Numbered from the stretch's first letter, positions 27,361 through 37,943 are shown. The stretch is 64,000 nt of DNA from Candidatus Sysuiplasma acidicola (GCA_019721035.1 JAHEAA010000002.1:76020-140019); one strand, 5' to 3'. A program made the numbers and translations. Notes: generated by a model not told the origin, from the letters alone.

Positions 27361-28329
27361 ATGCGCGTCGACAGATATCTTGTTGGCATTCAGCCAAGAA
27401 CAGAAGAGCTTATAGCAGGCACAAGAGACAGGGACAGGAACAGAATCACAGAGGAGGAGCTGGAAGAACTCAGAACGGCTGCTGCAATGAGAGATTTGTC
27501 GATACAGATGCAGGAGCAGTACACGTTTCTTTCCGACCCTATGTTCCACTGGCAGGACCTGATCAGGCCTTTTGTAGATCTGCTTGAGGGACAGGACAGT
27601 GTGCCTCAGCTGACGAGGTGGTTCGACAACAATACCTTTTACAGACGACCTGTTATCGATACATATCCCAGCATTTCCCACAGAAAATTGTTGAAGTACT
27701 ACTTTCCCAGACTTTGGGAATCGGGCAAAAGGGCTAAAGTTATCGTTCCCTCACCTTACACGCTATATGCTTCTTCAGAAGACAGTTATTTCCCTGACAG
27801 AAGGTCGGGCGTGCTTTCGTTCGCGCAGGAGATGGAGAGGGTGGCACTATTCCTGGAAGAGAAGGGTGCCCGGCAGATAGAGTTCGTCGAACCCTTCCTA
27901 TTCTTTGGCCATCCCGAAGCGGAAGACATCGAACTCGCGGCGGATGCGTTTAATCTTTCCACTCAGAAGTTGAAGTGCGAAGTGATGATACACTTTCCCT
28001 TTGGCAAACTCGAGGGGCACTTCAAACAGGTGATGGAATTCAATGCTACGGTCATCGGAATAGATTTTTTCTCGACAGCATTATCATCGGTGACCAATTT
28101 CGACAGGTCGAAGGGAGTGGCCATCGGCTGTCTTGATGCTAGAAACAGCAGGCTCGAAAGCGTTGAGTGGGTTGTCAACTTTGCACGCTCTGTCGCAGAG
28201 AGAATAGGCGGGGTGGAACATGTGGCGCTCATTCCCAGTGCGGACATGGAATTTCTGCCACGGTCTATTGCTGAGGAGAAGATGAAGATAATTGGAGAAG
28301 CTGCAAGGAGGCTTGATAATGATGGATAA
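27361..28329 (+). CDS. MetE N-terminal-domain-like protein (cobalamin-independent methionine synthase family paralog lacking the Zn site)
   Basis: Weak but consistent similarity to the MetE/UROD (beta/alpha)8 fold. There are no His/Cys/Glu/Cys zinc ligands. It is translationally coupled (ATGATGGATAA overlap) to the catalytic metE that follows. Confidence 0.55.
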   Translation: MRVDRYLVGIQPRTEELIAGTRDRDRNRITEEELEELRTAAAMRDLSIQMQEQYTFLSDPMFHWQDLIRPFVDLLEGQDSVPQLTRWFDNNTFYRRPVIDTYPSISHRKLLKYYFPRLWESGKRAKVIVPSPYTLYASSEDSYFPDRRSGVLSFAQEMERVALFLEEKGARQIEFVEPFLFFGHPEAEDIELAADAFNLSTQKLKCEVMIHFPFGKLEGHFKQVMEFNATVIGIDFFSTALSSVTNFDRSKGVAIGCLDARNSRLESVEWVVNFARSVAERIGGVEHVALIPSADMEFLPRSIAEEKMKIIGEAARRLDNDG

Positions 28330-29470
28330 GTTGTTTCCTACACAGGAAATTGGAAGCATTGCAAAGCCCAATTGGAGGGTTCTAGGTTATCGTGGCGCTC
28401 CGATACCGGATCATGATTTCAACGAAGCGAAGTACTGGGGAAGGAAACTGAAAATAGAGGGGCATGAACAGCTGCTTGAATTGCTGAAGTCTGACGACTC
28501 CGCAGAGACTCGTGAGGCCATCAGGGAGTGGTCTGCAATATATGCCATCAGACTGCAGGAGGTTTCTGGTCTTGACATCGTTTTTGATGGGGAACAGTGG
28601 AGGACTGAAATGTATGAGGCGCTGGTCAGGGATATCGAGGGCTTCAAGTTTGTCGGACATGTACGTTCGTGGGATAACAAGTACTACAGGAAGGCTGCAG
28701 TTGTCGACGAGATAAAGTGGAAAAAGCCGATTTATCTTAATGAATTCCTCTTCACTAAGGAACACACCGACAGGGTAGTTAAGATTCCGTTCACCGGACC
28801 GTATACAGTAACGGATTGGTCGTTCAACGAGTTCTATCAGAAGAGGTTGGAGAGCCTTCATATCGATCCGCTCGAGCTGAAAAAGAAAGCGTATTCTGAC
28901 TTGCTCTTTGAAGTTGCGAGAAAACTGATACGGCCCGAAATAGAGTCGCTCGTGTCTGCTGGTGCCCGCTGGATACAGATTGATGAGCCAGCTTTAAGCA
29001 CCCAGCCCGGAAAGGACCAGGTGTTAAATTTTGTCCAGGCGATAAATGATGCGACGAAGGGTTTCGATTGCAAGTTTTCGCTTCATGTCTGCTATTCCAC
29101 TGACTACACGACGATGTTCCCCGAACTCCTCGAGGCGCGTACACTGAGTCAATATGCCCTTGAGTTTGCAAACAAGGACAGTATGAAAAACGGGGGCACT
29201 AAACGCACAGGTTATGACGTTGTTAAATTGCTCGGAGAGTATGGCGCCGCCAAGCAGGTGGGTCTCGGCGTGATAGATGTCCACGATGACCGAATAGAAT
29301 CGCCAACTCTAGTCAGAGATAGAATCTTGCACGCAGCGAGTCTGATAGGTGACCCTGCGCTCATCTATGTTAATCCTGACTGTGGAATTAGAACCAGAAC
29401 CTGGAAGAACACCTACAATAAATTTGTGAATATGGTAAAGGGTGCTGAGTTGGCCAGAAAACAGACATGA
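28319..29470 (+). CDS. metE: 5-methyltetrahydropteroyltriglutamate--homocysteine methyltransferase (cobalamin-independent methionine synthase, archaeal short form)
   Basis: IQIDEPAL, HVCYS and PDCGIRTR provide the Zn-binding His/Cys/Glu/Cys set of MetE; 383 aa. The start was taken at MMDKLF (28319); the supplied ORF starts at 28292. Confidence 0.85.
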   Translation: MMDKLFPTQEIGSIAKPNWRVLGYRGAPIPDHDFNEAKYWGRKLKIEGHEQLLELLKSDDSAETREAIREWSAIYAIRLQEVSGLDIVFDGEQWRTEMYEALVRDIEGFKFVGHVRSWDNKYYRKAAVVDEIKWKKPIYLNEFLFTKEHTDRVVKIPFTGPYTVTDWSFNEFYQKRLESLHIDPLELKKKAYSDLLFEVARKLIRPEIESLVSAGARWIQIDEPALSTQPGKDQVLNFVQAINDATKGFDCKFSLHVCYSTDYTTMFPELLEARTLSQYALEFANKDSMKNGGTKRTGYDVVKLLGEYGAAKQVGLGVIDVHDDRIESPTLVRDRILHAASLIGDPALIYVNPDCGIRTRTWKNTYNKFVNMVKGAELARKQT

Positions 29471-29765
29471 TTTGCCGGCACAGCTCCATACAGGTTGTCT
29501 TTGCAGTCCCCTGATTGAATTTGATGGATGTCATTTCATCGTCCGAGGAGCTGCTAGTTATCCGGCAGCATGCGTGCTATACCCGACTTCAATGGGCATA
29601 ATAAGCTCAATTAACGCCCCGTCTAACTACAACTGCTGGCGCCTGCATCTCCCGCGAGACGGTGGCTGAGTAGTGCACGATGAACCTTCGTGCTCACTGT
29701 TGCGCAGGGAGTGAAAAAAATTACTTATACATTATGGGGGTTGAAATCGGCGAGGGAAAGAATCC

Positions 29766-30668
29766 ATGAGCGGTCACCCGGCAGGTCCACCAATGGCTGA
29801 ATGCGGCGTTCCGCAGATGCTCGGCAGACAGGTAATAAAGCCACCGGATCTCGTTCTGGTGGTCGGGGCAGAAGGCATTATTGGCGGGACACTCTTCTAC
29901 GAGCTTCTGAAATCGGAATTCAACGTAAGATGCCTCATTCGCATGGAGGATGAGGCTCGTATCGACAGGAAGCCAGGTGTGGAATTTTTCTACTGCGACC
30001 CCTGGGGCGGTGACATACCGGAAAAGGCATTTGATGGCGTGAAGTATGTTGTCAATGCCGTATCTCCGCTGAACACTGGAAGCATGCCATCGGACAATGT
30101 GGAAGCATTCGAAAGGCTCTCCAACATACTCATTACGAGATGTGTTGCAAAGCGCCTTGAACGGTACGTGGGCATCAGTTCTGTCAATCTGTCAGAGAGG
30201 GAGAACGACAGTTGGGCATTCGCAAACAGGCACATTGAGATTTCTGCAATTCGAAGCGGCGCTCCCTATACGATTCTCAGATCAGGGTTGATGCTTGATG
30301 CACTCAATGAAGAAGTACTCAGACGCATCGGCTCAGCCGGACTTGGCTCACTTATCGGCAGAAAGGGTGCCGAACGACTGTGCGTTACACCGATGAAGAA
30401 GCTTGCCGAAACAGTGGCAAGAGTGCTGAAAACCGATCAGTCACTGAACAGAATATATGAAGTTGTGCTTGGCAGTCAGATGAGCAGAAAGGAGATTGGA
30501 AAGACGGTGGCTCACAGCCGTCGGGGGAGCCAACATAATCCATGGGAGATTGACATTCAGGCGGAACTTTCTGCTGGCAGATATGGTGGTGAAATAGCCG
30601 ATTTGTCTGAGCTGGAAATCATGCTTCCAGACAAGGGTGCGCTCTTGGCACCTCAGGGCGCGGCTTAG
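29766..30668 (+). CDS. NAD(P)-binding domain protein (NmrA-like / atypical SDR)
   Basis: VVGAEGIIGGTL Rossmann GxxGxxG motif near the N-terminus; no catalytic YxxxK is evident. Confidence 0.6.
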   Translation: MSGHPAGPPMAECGVPQMLGRQVIKPPDLVLVVGAEGIIGGTLFYELLKSEFNVRCLIRMEDEARIDRKPGVEFFYCDPWGGDIPEKAFDGVKYVVNAVSPLNTGSMPSDNVEAFERLSNILITRCVAKRLERYVGISSVNLSERENDSWAFANRHIEISAIRSGAPYTILRSGLMLDALNEEVLRRIGSAGLGSLIGRKGAERLCVTPMKKLAETVARVLKTDQSLNRIYEVVLGSQMSRKEIGKTVAHSRRGSQHNPWEIDIQAELSAGRYGGEIADLSELEIMLPDKGALLAPQGAA

Positions 30669-31318
30669 CCATGTATTGTCATTGTCGAAAGCACCTGGAT
30701 CAGTTCAGGAATGACCACGTCGGTTAGCAGCAATCTGTTAAAATTAAGGCTCCAGCTCCTCTTTGACGCAGAAGAAATCATGCCGTTGTTCTTCAGAGCT
30801 GTGTCTGCCTCCTTCAGCCGCGCTACGTCGAAAGCACTGTCGTGAAGCGTGAGCGTCAAGCGTGCTTCATCCATTGGCTTCAGATCGCGCACCTGCAGCA
30901 GAACTTTTTCGGTTTCTTCGAGCAACGTACGCTGCTGCAGGATTGTCCCGGTAATCGAAGCACCCCTGGTATCGGATTGCGACTTACATGAAATCCTTAC
31001 CCTTGGATCGCGGTAGAACGACTTTTCTTCTTCAAACACCGGCATCAGATTCTCTATTCTGATTTCCTGTCCGCGTGGCTTCCGCTCAACCTCAATCGTG
31101 AGCTCCTTCATTATTCTGTGTCCAATCTTCCTCAGGCGGCTGTCCCTGCTGCCAGCAGGGCTGAAGTAAGCGCCGAGCACCATGTCTCCCTGTATTCTAT
31201 ATATTGGTTCGAATTTCCCGGAGTAGTAGAGTGCATCATATATCTCCAAAGGTACATCACCTGTCCTCGATGCTTTTATACTGATGGCGAGTTCTGATGA
31301 CACTCTCTGCTTTGACAT
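30665..31318 (-). CDS. Hypothetical protein (217 aa)
   Basis: Well-formed ORF with no recognisable motif. It is divergent from the PurM-like gene. Confidence 0.45.
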   Translation of the reverse strand: MSKQRVSSELAISIKASRTGDVPLEIYDALYYSGKFEPIYRIQGDMVLGAYFSPAGSRDSRLRKIGHRIMKELTIEVERKPRGQEIRIENLMPVFEEEKSFYRDPRVRISCKSQSDTRGASITGTILQQRTLLEETEKVLLQVRDLKPMDEARLTLTLHDSAFDVARLKEADTALKNNGMISSASKRSWSLNFNRLLLTDVVIPELIQVLSTMTIHG

Positions 31319-31363
31319 CGGACGATGCGATTGGCTTGATTATTAAAAAACATATGTGGTGAT

Positions 31364-32491
31364 ATGCGGCGAACCAGTCATCGGTTAAAGAATCGTGATC
31401 TTCACGGCGGTCATGACCCCTACGATCAGGGAAAGGCAGACTACAGGCTGTTCAGATCCATCTCAAAACTGACGGGCAGCAAACGGTCGGATGTGCTGCT
31501 TGGACCGATGTTTGGAGCAGATTTTGGCGTCATCGACACCGGCAATGGAAGGGTACTTGCGATTAGCACCGACCCAATCTACATCAATCAGCAAATGGAA
31601 CTCGATAACGCTGCCTGGTTTGCCTTTCACATAGTAGTTACAGATGTCGCGCTTTCCGGTCTCGCACCGTCACATCTTGCACTCGACTGGAATCTTCCGC
31701 CTGGGTTAGATGACTCTATATTCCTCACCATCAGCAGAGTATTCCACGCCGAGGCTAAGGCCCTGAACATGTCGATCGTCACCGGGCACACCGGCAGATA
31801 CGGCGGCTGCAAGGCACCGATACTCGGTGCCGGCACATCGATAGCAGTAGGAAGAAAAGAGAATCTCATCCTCCCGACAGGCATGAGGGCAGGGGACAGG
31901 CTCATACTCACAAAATATCCTGCGCTAGAAACAGCGATCCTGCTGTCCTACGAGTTCGACGACCTTCTTCGGGAGAATGTTGGTGGGAGCACATTGACCA
32001 GATTGCGGAAGAAGATTCGCATGCTTTCGCCACTCAACGAAGCGGCCGTTGTCTCATCTGCAGGAGGTGTCAGTGCGATGCATGATGCAAGCGAACGCGG
32101 CATCTATGGTGCGCTACATGAACTTTCAAAGGCGACCGGTCTGTCTTTTACCATCGAGCCTGACAACATCGCTATGGATTCAGATGTCAAGAAGGTGGCT
32201 GACTTTCTACGATTCAATCCCCTGGAAAGCAGCAGTGAAGGAACGCTGATACTAACCGCAAGAGAAGAGAGGGTACCGCAGATTGTACGCAAACTCGCAA
32301 GTGCGGGTGTAAGGGCAAGCGTGTGTGGTACTGTCATTCAGGGCAGGAACAGCGTGGCGGAGGTGACGGACGACGGGAGGTTACGAGCTGTTGGGATGCC
32401 GCTAACCGACGGATATCTCATCGCTCGACATGCTGCAAAGAGGATATTGCGCACTGCCGGGAGCAACAGCGCGCATCAGATAAGCGACTGA
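31364..32491 (+). CDS. AIR synthase-related protein (PurM-like fold; HypE/ThiL-like)
   Basis: N- and C-terminal PurM-like domain architecture (GADFGVIDTG...STDP; GHTGRYGG). The exact subfamily is unresolved. Confidence 0.6.
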   Translation: MRRTSHRLKNRDLHGGHDPYDQGKADYRLFRSISKLTGSKRSDVLLGPMFGADFGVIDTGNGRVLAISTDPIYINQQMELDNAAWFAFHIVVTDVALSGLAPSHLALDWNLPPGLDDSIFLTISRVFHAEAKALNMSIVTGHTGRYGGCKAPILGAGTSIAVGRKENLILPTGMRAGDRLILTKYPALETAILLSYEFDDLLRENVGGSTLTRLRKKIRMLSPLNEAAVVSSAGGVSAMHDASERGIYGALHELSKATGLSFTIEPDNIAMDSDVKKVADFLRFNPLESSSEGTLILTAREERVPQIVRKLASAGVRASVCGTVIQGRNSVAEVTDDGRLRAVGMPLTDGYLIARHAAKRILRTAGSNSAHQISD

Positions 32492-32533
32492 TGCCATTCG
32501 TCAAATAAATCGCAATTCTTAAGAAGTTGCTAC

Positions 32534-33835
32534 ATGTGCTCCGGGAGCAAAAACAGGATAAACGCTAAAATGAAAAACGATTACATCCTGGCGGTAAGGA
32601 CCCTTGCGATATCGGTGGGTGCAGGCGCCGCTTCAATGTTCGTTGGAGTTTATGGCGTTCTAATCGGCGCCTCTGCAGCGGAAATGGGCTGGCTCCAGTC
32701 TTCGGCAAACTCTATAGCAAACTCAGGTCAGCTGCTGTGGGGAAGGATCAGCGACAGGTTCGGAAGGAGAAAGCCCTTTCTGTTCTTCGGCAGCATCGCC
32801 CTGGCCGTACTCTGGCTGTTCATGGCAGTCATTTCAACGCCTGTCGAGCTGGTGATCACATATGCTGCAGTTTCACTCGTGGCAGCCATGATAACGGTGA
32901 ACTGGTTCTCATTGATTGCAGACATAACCGCCTCCAGCAGGAGAGGCAGGTTCCTGTCCGTCCTGAATAATGTGGGCTCTGTTGGAACACTTCTTGCTGT
33001 TGGAGTCATGATATTCGTCCTTCATGGCTCTGCCAGAAGAGAAATACAGATACCATTCATCGCCGCAGCCGTATCGTACGTTGCGTCTGCCATACTGGTC
33101 ACACAGATAAGTGAAAAGGAACATGCAACACGCCTAACAAGCAGTATACGACAGACATTTTCAAGCATGAAAGAGCACGATTATTTTTACAGATATTTCG
33201 TGGCTATGAATGTGCAGGGATTCTTCTGGTCCATGGCGTGGCCCATATTTCCGATAACAATGGTTTCAGTCATGCATTTCGACCTGCCAACAATTGCGCT
33301 GCTGACAGTCATCGCGCTTGTTTCAACCATTGTTGGGCAATTTCTCGTTGGCAGATTTGTGGATCGTGTGGACAGGATGCCGCTGATTTTCATTAACAGG
33401 CTGATGCTTTCCGCGATACCGCTATTCTATGCCATATTCAACACATTTGATGAATTTGCATTTCTCGAGCTGTACAGCGGTATTGCCGGGGCAATCCAGA
33501 ATGTTGTCATGATGTCATACCTGATGGACGTTTCACCGGAAACCCATCGTGCCGAGTTCATTTCCATAATGAACGGATTCAACGGTGCAGTCTATTTCGC
33601 AGGCGCCCTCACAGGAGGCTATATGCTGGAATTTATGCTTAAAACCCATCCGCTGTTGATCGCACTTCCGATTGTCTACGGCATCATTGTGGCAGGCCGT
33701 TTTGGAACATCTTTCATGTTCCTGAGGCTCAAGGAGCCAGAGAACAGAGGAAGAGGCAGGCTTGGCATATTTGCCATACTCTACAGGCTCAAATTCCCGG
33801 GCATACCTTCGGGAGCCACTGTCAAACCACGATAG
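32534..33835 (+). CDS. MFS transporter
   Basis: MFS signature G-R-[IL]-S-D-R-F-G-R-R between TM2 and TM3 (WGRISDRFGRRKPF), 12 TM segments. Confidence 0.8.
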   Translation: MCSGSKNRINAKMKNDYILAVRTLAISVGAGAASMFVGVYGVLIGASAAEMGWLQSSANSIANSGQLLWGRISDRFGRRKPFLFFGSIALAVLWLFMAVISTPVELVITYAAVSLVAAMITVNWFSLIADITASSRRGRFLSVLNNVGSVGTLLAVGVMIFVLHGSARREIQIPFIAAAVSYVASAILVTQISEKEHATRLTSSIRQTFSSMKEHDYFYRYFVAMNVQGFFWSMAWPIFPITMVSVMHFDLPTIALLTVIALVSTIVGQFLVGRFVDRVDRMPLIFINRLMLSAIPLFYAIFNTFDEFAFLELYSGIAGAIQNVVMMSYLMDVSPETHRAEFISIMNGFNGAVYFAGALTGGYMLEFMLKTHPLLIALPIVYGIIVAGRFGTSFMFLRLKEPENRGRGRLGIFAILYRLKFPGIPSGATVKPR

Positions 33836-33957
33836 TAATTATTTACGCGGTGTGCCAGCCGGTGGCAGTGTGGGCGGGGGCTGGATTACCGGCACTGTCA
33901 TGTTTTCAGGTAAAATAGCCTTGAAGAAACAATTATAAAGACACCGGCCTGATATAT

Positions 33958-35061
33958 TTGGCACCGATGGTGATTCAACTGGCATCAATTGACGTGGTGG
34001 TTGTAAGCGAGAGCGGGTCTGACAACCAGGAAGACCTGAAAGCGCTTTCTTCCGTTCCAGGACTCAATGTATCGGCTTCGACACCACTCATGCTTATGCT
34101 GTCGCTGCATTCGATAAATTTCGGCACTGTCGCCGTGCTCGAGCTACCTTTTCTGCAGGAGAGTGAGGAGGAGTTTCTGGAAATACTGCTGAAGGGACCT
34201 TCTCCTGTTCCTGCTGTGCTTGTTACAGACGAACCCGTGAAATACCTGCGGCACCTTGGCAGGGGAACAGTCAAGCTAGTTCTGAGAGAGCCGGGATACC
34301 TGAATTCACTCCCTGATTCCATAAAAGATGCGAGCGATGGAGCGAGAGTGGTTTTTGAACGGGATGCGCTTGAGAAAAGACTCCAGGAATACGCGCAATA
34401 TCTGGAGATCATAAACAAGATCATGGAGCATGACATAGGTGATCTAAACCAGGCGATACTGACCTTTTCAGAACTGCTCGGTAGGACTGAGGGGAAGGTC
34501 AGCAAGCATCTCATCGACAACATCATCGCGCAATCAAAGACTGTGGGAAATCTGATTAATGCGTTTTCCAATCTGGCTCGTCTTGCCAAGGGCAATGTTC
34601 AGGAGCTTGCATTCAGAGTTCATCCTCTGAAGCAGGAAATAGACGATGGCGTAGAAAAATTTGCTTCGGAGTCTGGCAGAGAATACAATGTGGCGATAAA
34701 TTGCAGCAAGGATGAATCTGTTCTCGGCGACGCTCAACTGTCGAACCTTTTCGAATATTCACTCGCGCTTCTCGCCAGCATACAGAAAGATACGAATAGT
34801 TTTGATATAGACGTTCGTGAGGAAACGGCACTTCAGAAGTCGGCGGTGATAACAATCTCACCAAGGGGCGTGCCCAAATCGAGCATTCCGCGTGTTATGT
34901 CTCATGTGGACGACATAGATACGCTGCTGCGAGGCAACGTCGACCTCATGGCTGTCACAATACTCACACGGCGATATGGTGGAAATGCCTCAATCGGCAC
35001 ACTCGAAGTCGGGGGAAGGAATGTAACGTTTCTGACCATCATGCTTCCCCTGAGTGCCTGA
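33958..35061 (+). CDS. Histidine-kinase-like protein with N-terminal pseudo-receiver domain (HisKA-like H-box plus degenerate HATPase_c)
   Basis: The H-box-like IMEHDIGDLNQAILTFSELL resembles sHDLrnPLnaIlgfsElL. The C-terminus RRYGGNASIGTLEVGGRNVTFLTIMLP resembles the G2/G3 end of HATPase_c, but the G1 box is unclear. The N-terminal CheY-like fold has SE in place of the acidic DD pair. Confidence 0.5.
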   Translation: MAPMVIQLASIDVVVVSESGSDNQEDLKALSSVPGLNVSASTPLMLMLSLHSINFGTVAVLELPFLQESEEEFLEILLKGPSPVPAVLVTDEPVKYLRHLGRGTVKLVLREPGYLNSLPDSIKDASDGARVVFERDALEKRLQEYAQYLEIINKIMEHDIGDLNQAILTFSELLGRTEGKVSKHLIDNIIAQSKTVGNLINAFSNLARLAKGNVQELAFRVHPLKQEIDDGVEKFASESGREYNVAINCSKDESVLGDAQLSNLFEYSLALLASIQKDTNSFDIDVREETALQKSAVITISPRGVPKSSIPRVMSHVDDIDTLLRGNVDLMAVTILTRRYGGNASIGTLEVGGRNVTFLTIMLPLSA

Positions 35062-35066
35062 GCACA

Positions 35067-35993
35067 TCAGTTGTTTTCTTCCAGGAACTTCTGCACATCA
35101 AGTGCGGATACGCATCCCATTCCTGCGGCAGTTATTGCCTGACGGTATCTGTGGTCATGCACATCACCTGATGCGAAAACGCCATCAATGCCAGTCCTGC
35201 TGCCGTCATGTATTATGATGTAACCCTTTTCATCCAGAGGCAGCTGTCCCCTGAACACGTCTGTGTTAGGTCTGTGGCCTATGGCCACAAACAGCCCACC
35301 GACTGAAACGTCTTTCACTTCGCCGGTGCTGATATCCTTTACGACAAGGCCCGTGACTGTCTTGTCACCGGTTACTTCCTTTATTTCGCTGTTCCACATG
35401 AATGAGATTTTCTCATTGTCCATTGCCTTCTTCTGCATAAACGGGGAGGCTCGCAGCTTGTTCCTTCTGTGTATTACAGTAACGTGCGATGCATAACGCG
35501 TCAGAAACAGCGCCTCTTCCATGGCGGAGTCTCCGCCACCAGCTACTGCAACGTCCCTGTTCTTGAAAAAAGCACCGTCGCATGTCGCACACCCCGAAAC
35601 GCCTTTTCCCATAAACTTCTTTTCTGATTCAAGGTTAAGCCAGAGTGCGCTCGCTCCAGTGGCTATAATCACAGTTTTCGCTAGATATCTATCATCGCCA
35701 ACCATGATTTTAAAAGGTCTTGAGCTGAAGTCTACAGCACTGACGTCGTCATCCACGAAGTCCGTACCGAATCTTGCAGCCTGTTCTCTCATCTTTACCA
35801 TGAGCTCTGGGCCGAGTATCCCCTCAGGGAAGCCAGGGTAGTTCTCCACTTCGCTCGTGATCATTAGCTGCCCGCCCGGAGTCCTGCCCGCAATAACGAG
35901 CGGCCTGAGAAGTGCGCGTGACGCGTATACTGCCGCAGTAAGCCCGGCTGGACCGGATCCGATGATTATTACGTTTCTTGTTTCTTCATTCAT
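35067..35993 (-). CDS. trxB: Thioredoxin-disulfide reductase
   Basis: FAD motif IIIGSGPAGLTAAVYA, redox-active CATCDG, NADPH motif. The start was taken at MNEETRNVIIIG; the supplied ORF has 22 extra codons. Confidence 0.9.
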   Translation of the reverse strand: MNEETRNVIIIGSGPAGLTAAVYASRALLRPLVIAGRTPGGQLMITSEVENYPGFPEGILGPELMVKMREQAARFGTDFVDDDVSAVDFSSRPFKIMVGDDRYLAKTVIIATGASALWLNLESEKKFMGKGVSGCATCDGAFFKNRDVAVAGGGDSAMEEALFLTRYASHVTVIHRRNKLRASPFMQKKAMDNEKISFMWNSEIKEVTGDKTVTGLVVKDISTGEVKDVSVGGLFVAIGHRPNTDVFRGQLPLDEKGYIIIHDGSRTGIDGVFASGDVHDHRYRQAITAAGMGCVSALDVQKFLEENN

Positions 35994-36239
35994 ATCCTTG
36001 CCGGTCAAAGTTAGATTTAACCCAATTAAAAACGTTTGCCGTGAAAGAAGGCTCACCATTCAACTGTCAATGGGCCTGTTGCAGGGGCCCGTTGCAGGAA
36101 ACATTTGAATTTGACAACAGGCGTTAACACGAGCTCGTGGCATCGAGTCATACGGATTTATCGCTTTATTCGCCGGGAACAGATGGAGAAAGCCGCTCTT
36201 CAAGGAGCAAACGATCCGGATCAGCTGCAGGCATATCAT

Positions 36240-36578
36240 TCAGAGATGCTGAGATGTAGGCAGCATGCTCTGGTGGTTCAGCGCTCTACGTCTCGGAACG
36301 CGATATCTCAGCACTTCATCCAGTGGATAGTCTATATAATTGCACAATATTGCGAGACGGTCCATTGTGAATGGCTGCGCCCCGTTCATCAATTGCCTTA
36401 CACTCCATCCAGGATGAACTCTGGATCTGTATCCCAATACCCTTCCTAACTGGTTGACGCTTCCCGCCTTCCTGATGCCTTCGGCAAGAAGAGATTCCCG
36501 GAAATCCGCCGCCAGCCAAATTTTCTCATTTCGCACCCCATCAGAAGTGATGTACGAGTCTGCTATTCCTTCTGTCAT
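36240..36578 (-). CDS. Possible small HTH-containing protein (112 aa). Weak call.
   Basis: AGSVNQLGRVLGY resembles an HTH turn. It sits in a roughly 760-bp gap between trxB and the MDR gene. The overlapping + strand ORF 36105..36449 has non-protein-like composition. Confidence 0.3.
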   Translation of the reverse strand: MTEGIADSYITSDGVRNEKIWLAADFRESLLAEGIRKAGSVNQLGRVLGYRSRVHPGWSVRQLMNGAQPFTMDRLAILCNYIDYPLDEVLRYRVPRRRALNHQSMLPTSQHL

Positions 36579-36754
36579 GTTCTTTATTTAGCATTGCACT
36601 TTATATCCGTATTTTGGTTCAAGCGTTTGACAGCATAACGAAATCCGAAGTTTCGTGTCCAAATTTATCATGCTGTTGTCATGCCAAAAGACTAATGATG
36701 TGAACGGTATTCAGGTGCGTGTCTGGCACTGCATCGTCTGATCATACAGGGAAT

Positions 36755-37807
36755 ATGTATGCTGTTTATTTCAGAAGGCACGGCGAATCTGATGTTCTGG
36801 AGTCCGGCCGCCTTCCCATGCCGTCTCCCGGGCGGCATGAAGTGCTCATTCAGGTCGAGGCGACTTCCGTCAACAGGCTCGACATTGCTGTCAGGAAAGG
36901 CTTTCCAGGACTTTCGCTGCCGTTGCCGCATATACCGGGTAGCGATGCCGTGGGTCGCATCATTGAAGCGGGAGGTGAAGTTTCTGGCTGCGCACCCGGA
37001 CAGAGGGTTGTGATTAATCCCGGAATTGGTTGCGGGAGATGTCTTGAGTGCCTTTCGGGAAGAGTTACAATGTGCGGCCGTTTTGTCATTCTCGGTGAGC
37101 ATATAAACGGCGCTTATGCGGAGTACGTCGCAGTTCCTGCCTCGAATTTGAAACGCGTTCCTGATGATTATCCCCTCATAAAAATCGCTGCAGCCCCCCT
37201 CGTCTACATCACGGCGTGGCATTCACTTGTTTCCAGAGCTGGTTTGAAGTTTGGCGACAGAGTTCTTGTCACCGGAGGAAGCGGTGGGGTATCTACTGCG
37301 GCCATACAGATCGCTAGGCTCTTCGACGCGTACGTCGTCGCCACGACAAGGTCAGCGGACAAAACAGACATCTTGCGCAGAATAGGTGCCCATGAAATCA
37401 TTGTCACCGAGAAGCCAGAAGGATGGGCCAAGACTTACACGGCTTCAGGAGGTCGCCCATTTGATATTATCATCGATTCCGTTGGTTCGGCACTCTGGAA
37501 CGACAACATGCGCCTTCTTGTCAAGGGTGGAAGACTGGTCAACTACGGGCGGACTTCCGGTGGCCAGGTTTCGATGGATTTGTCATTCATATTTTGGAAG
37601 CAGCTGCAGGTCACCGGATCCACCATGGGCGATCCTGGCGATTTTGAAACAGTCATGAACCTGATATTCAGCAGGAAGCTTGATCCTGTCGTGGACAAGG
37701 TGTTTACGATGCGCGAAGCCGCAGCAGCTCAGGATTATGTTGAGGCGTCTAGACACACAGGCAAGGTTGTGCTTGTCAATGGTGAACGAAATGCTGCTGA
37801 CAGTTAG
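36755..37807 (+). CDS. MDR-superfamily oxidoreductase (Zn-ADH / quinone oxidoreductase-like)
   Basis: GroES-like N-domain, structural-Zn cysteine cluster GCGRCLECLSGRVTMC, Rossmann VTGGSGGVSTAAIQIA. Confidence 0.8.
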   Translation: MYAVYFRRHGESDVLESGRLPMPSPGRHEVLIQVEATSVNRLDIAVRKGFPGLSLPLPHIPGSDAVGRIIEAGGEVSGCAPGQRVVINPGIGCGRCLECLSGRVTMCGRFVILGEHINGAYAEYVAVPASNLKRVPDDYPLIKIAAAPLVYITAWHSLVSRAGLKFGDRVLVTGGSGGVSTAAIQIARLFDAYVVATTRSADKTDILRRIGAHEIIVTEKPEGWAKTYTASGGRPFDIIIDSVGSALWNDNMRLLVKGGRLVNYGRTSGGQVSMDLSFIFWKQLQVTGSTMGDPGDFETVMNLIFSRKLDPVVDKVFTMREAAAAQDYVEASRHTGKVVLVNGERNAADS

Positions 37808-37943
37808 TCGCTATTACCCAGTCACACAGTCCCTCTGAGTCGACGATATGGAAGTAGCAGCAGCTTCTGCCAGAGGATGACACTCAGCCTGACAGAGTCG
37901 AAAGAAAATAAGCTTAAATACCAAGTGTGGCAATTCAAAGATA

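Noticed and set aside
36105-36449. 114-aa + strand ORF in the trxB-MDR gap
   Set aside because: W/H/C/Q-rich, non-protein-like composition. It overlaps a slightly more plausible HTH-like ORF on the other strand, which is itself reported only at low confidence.
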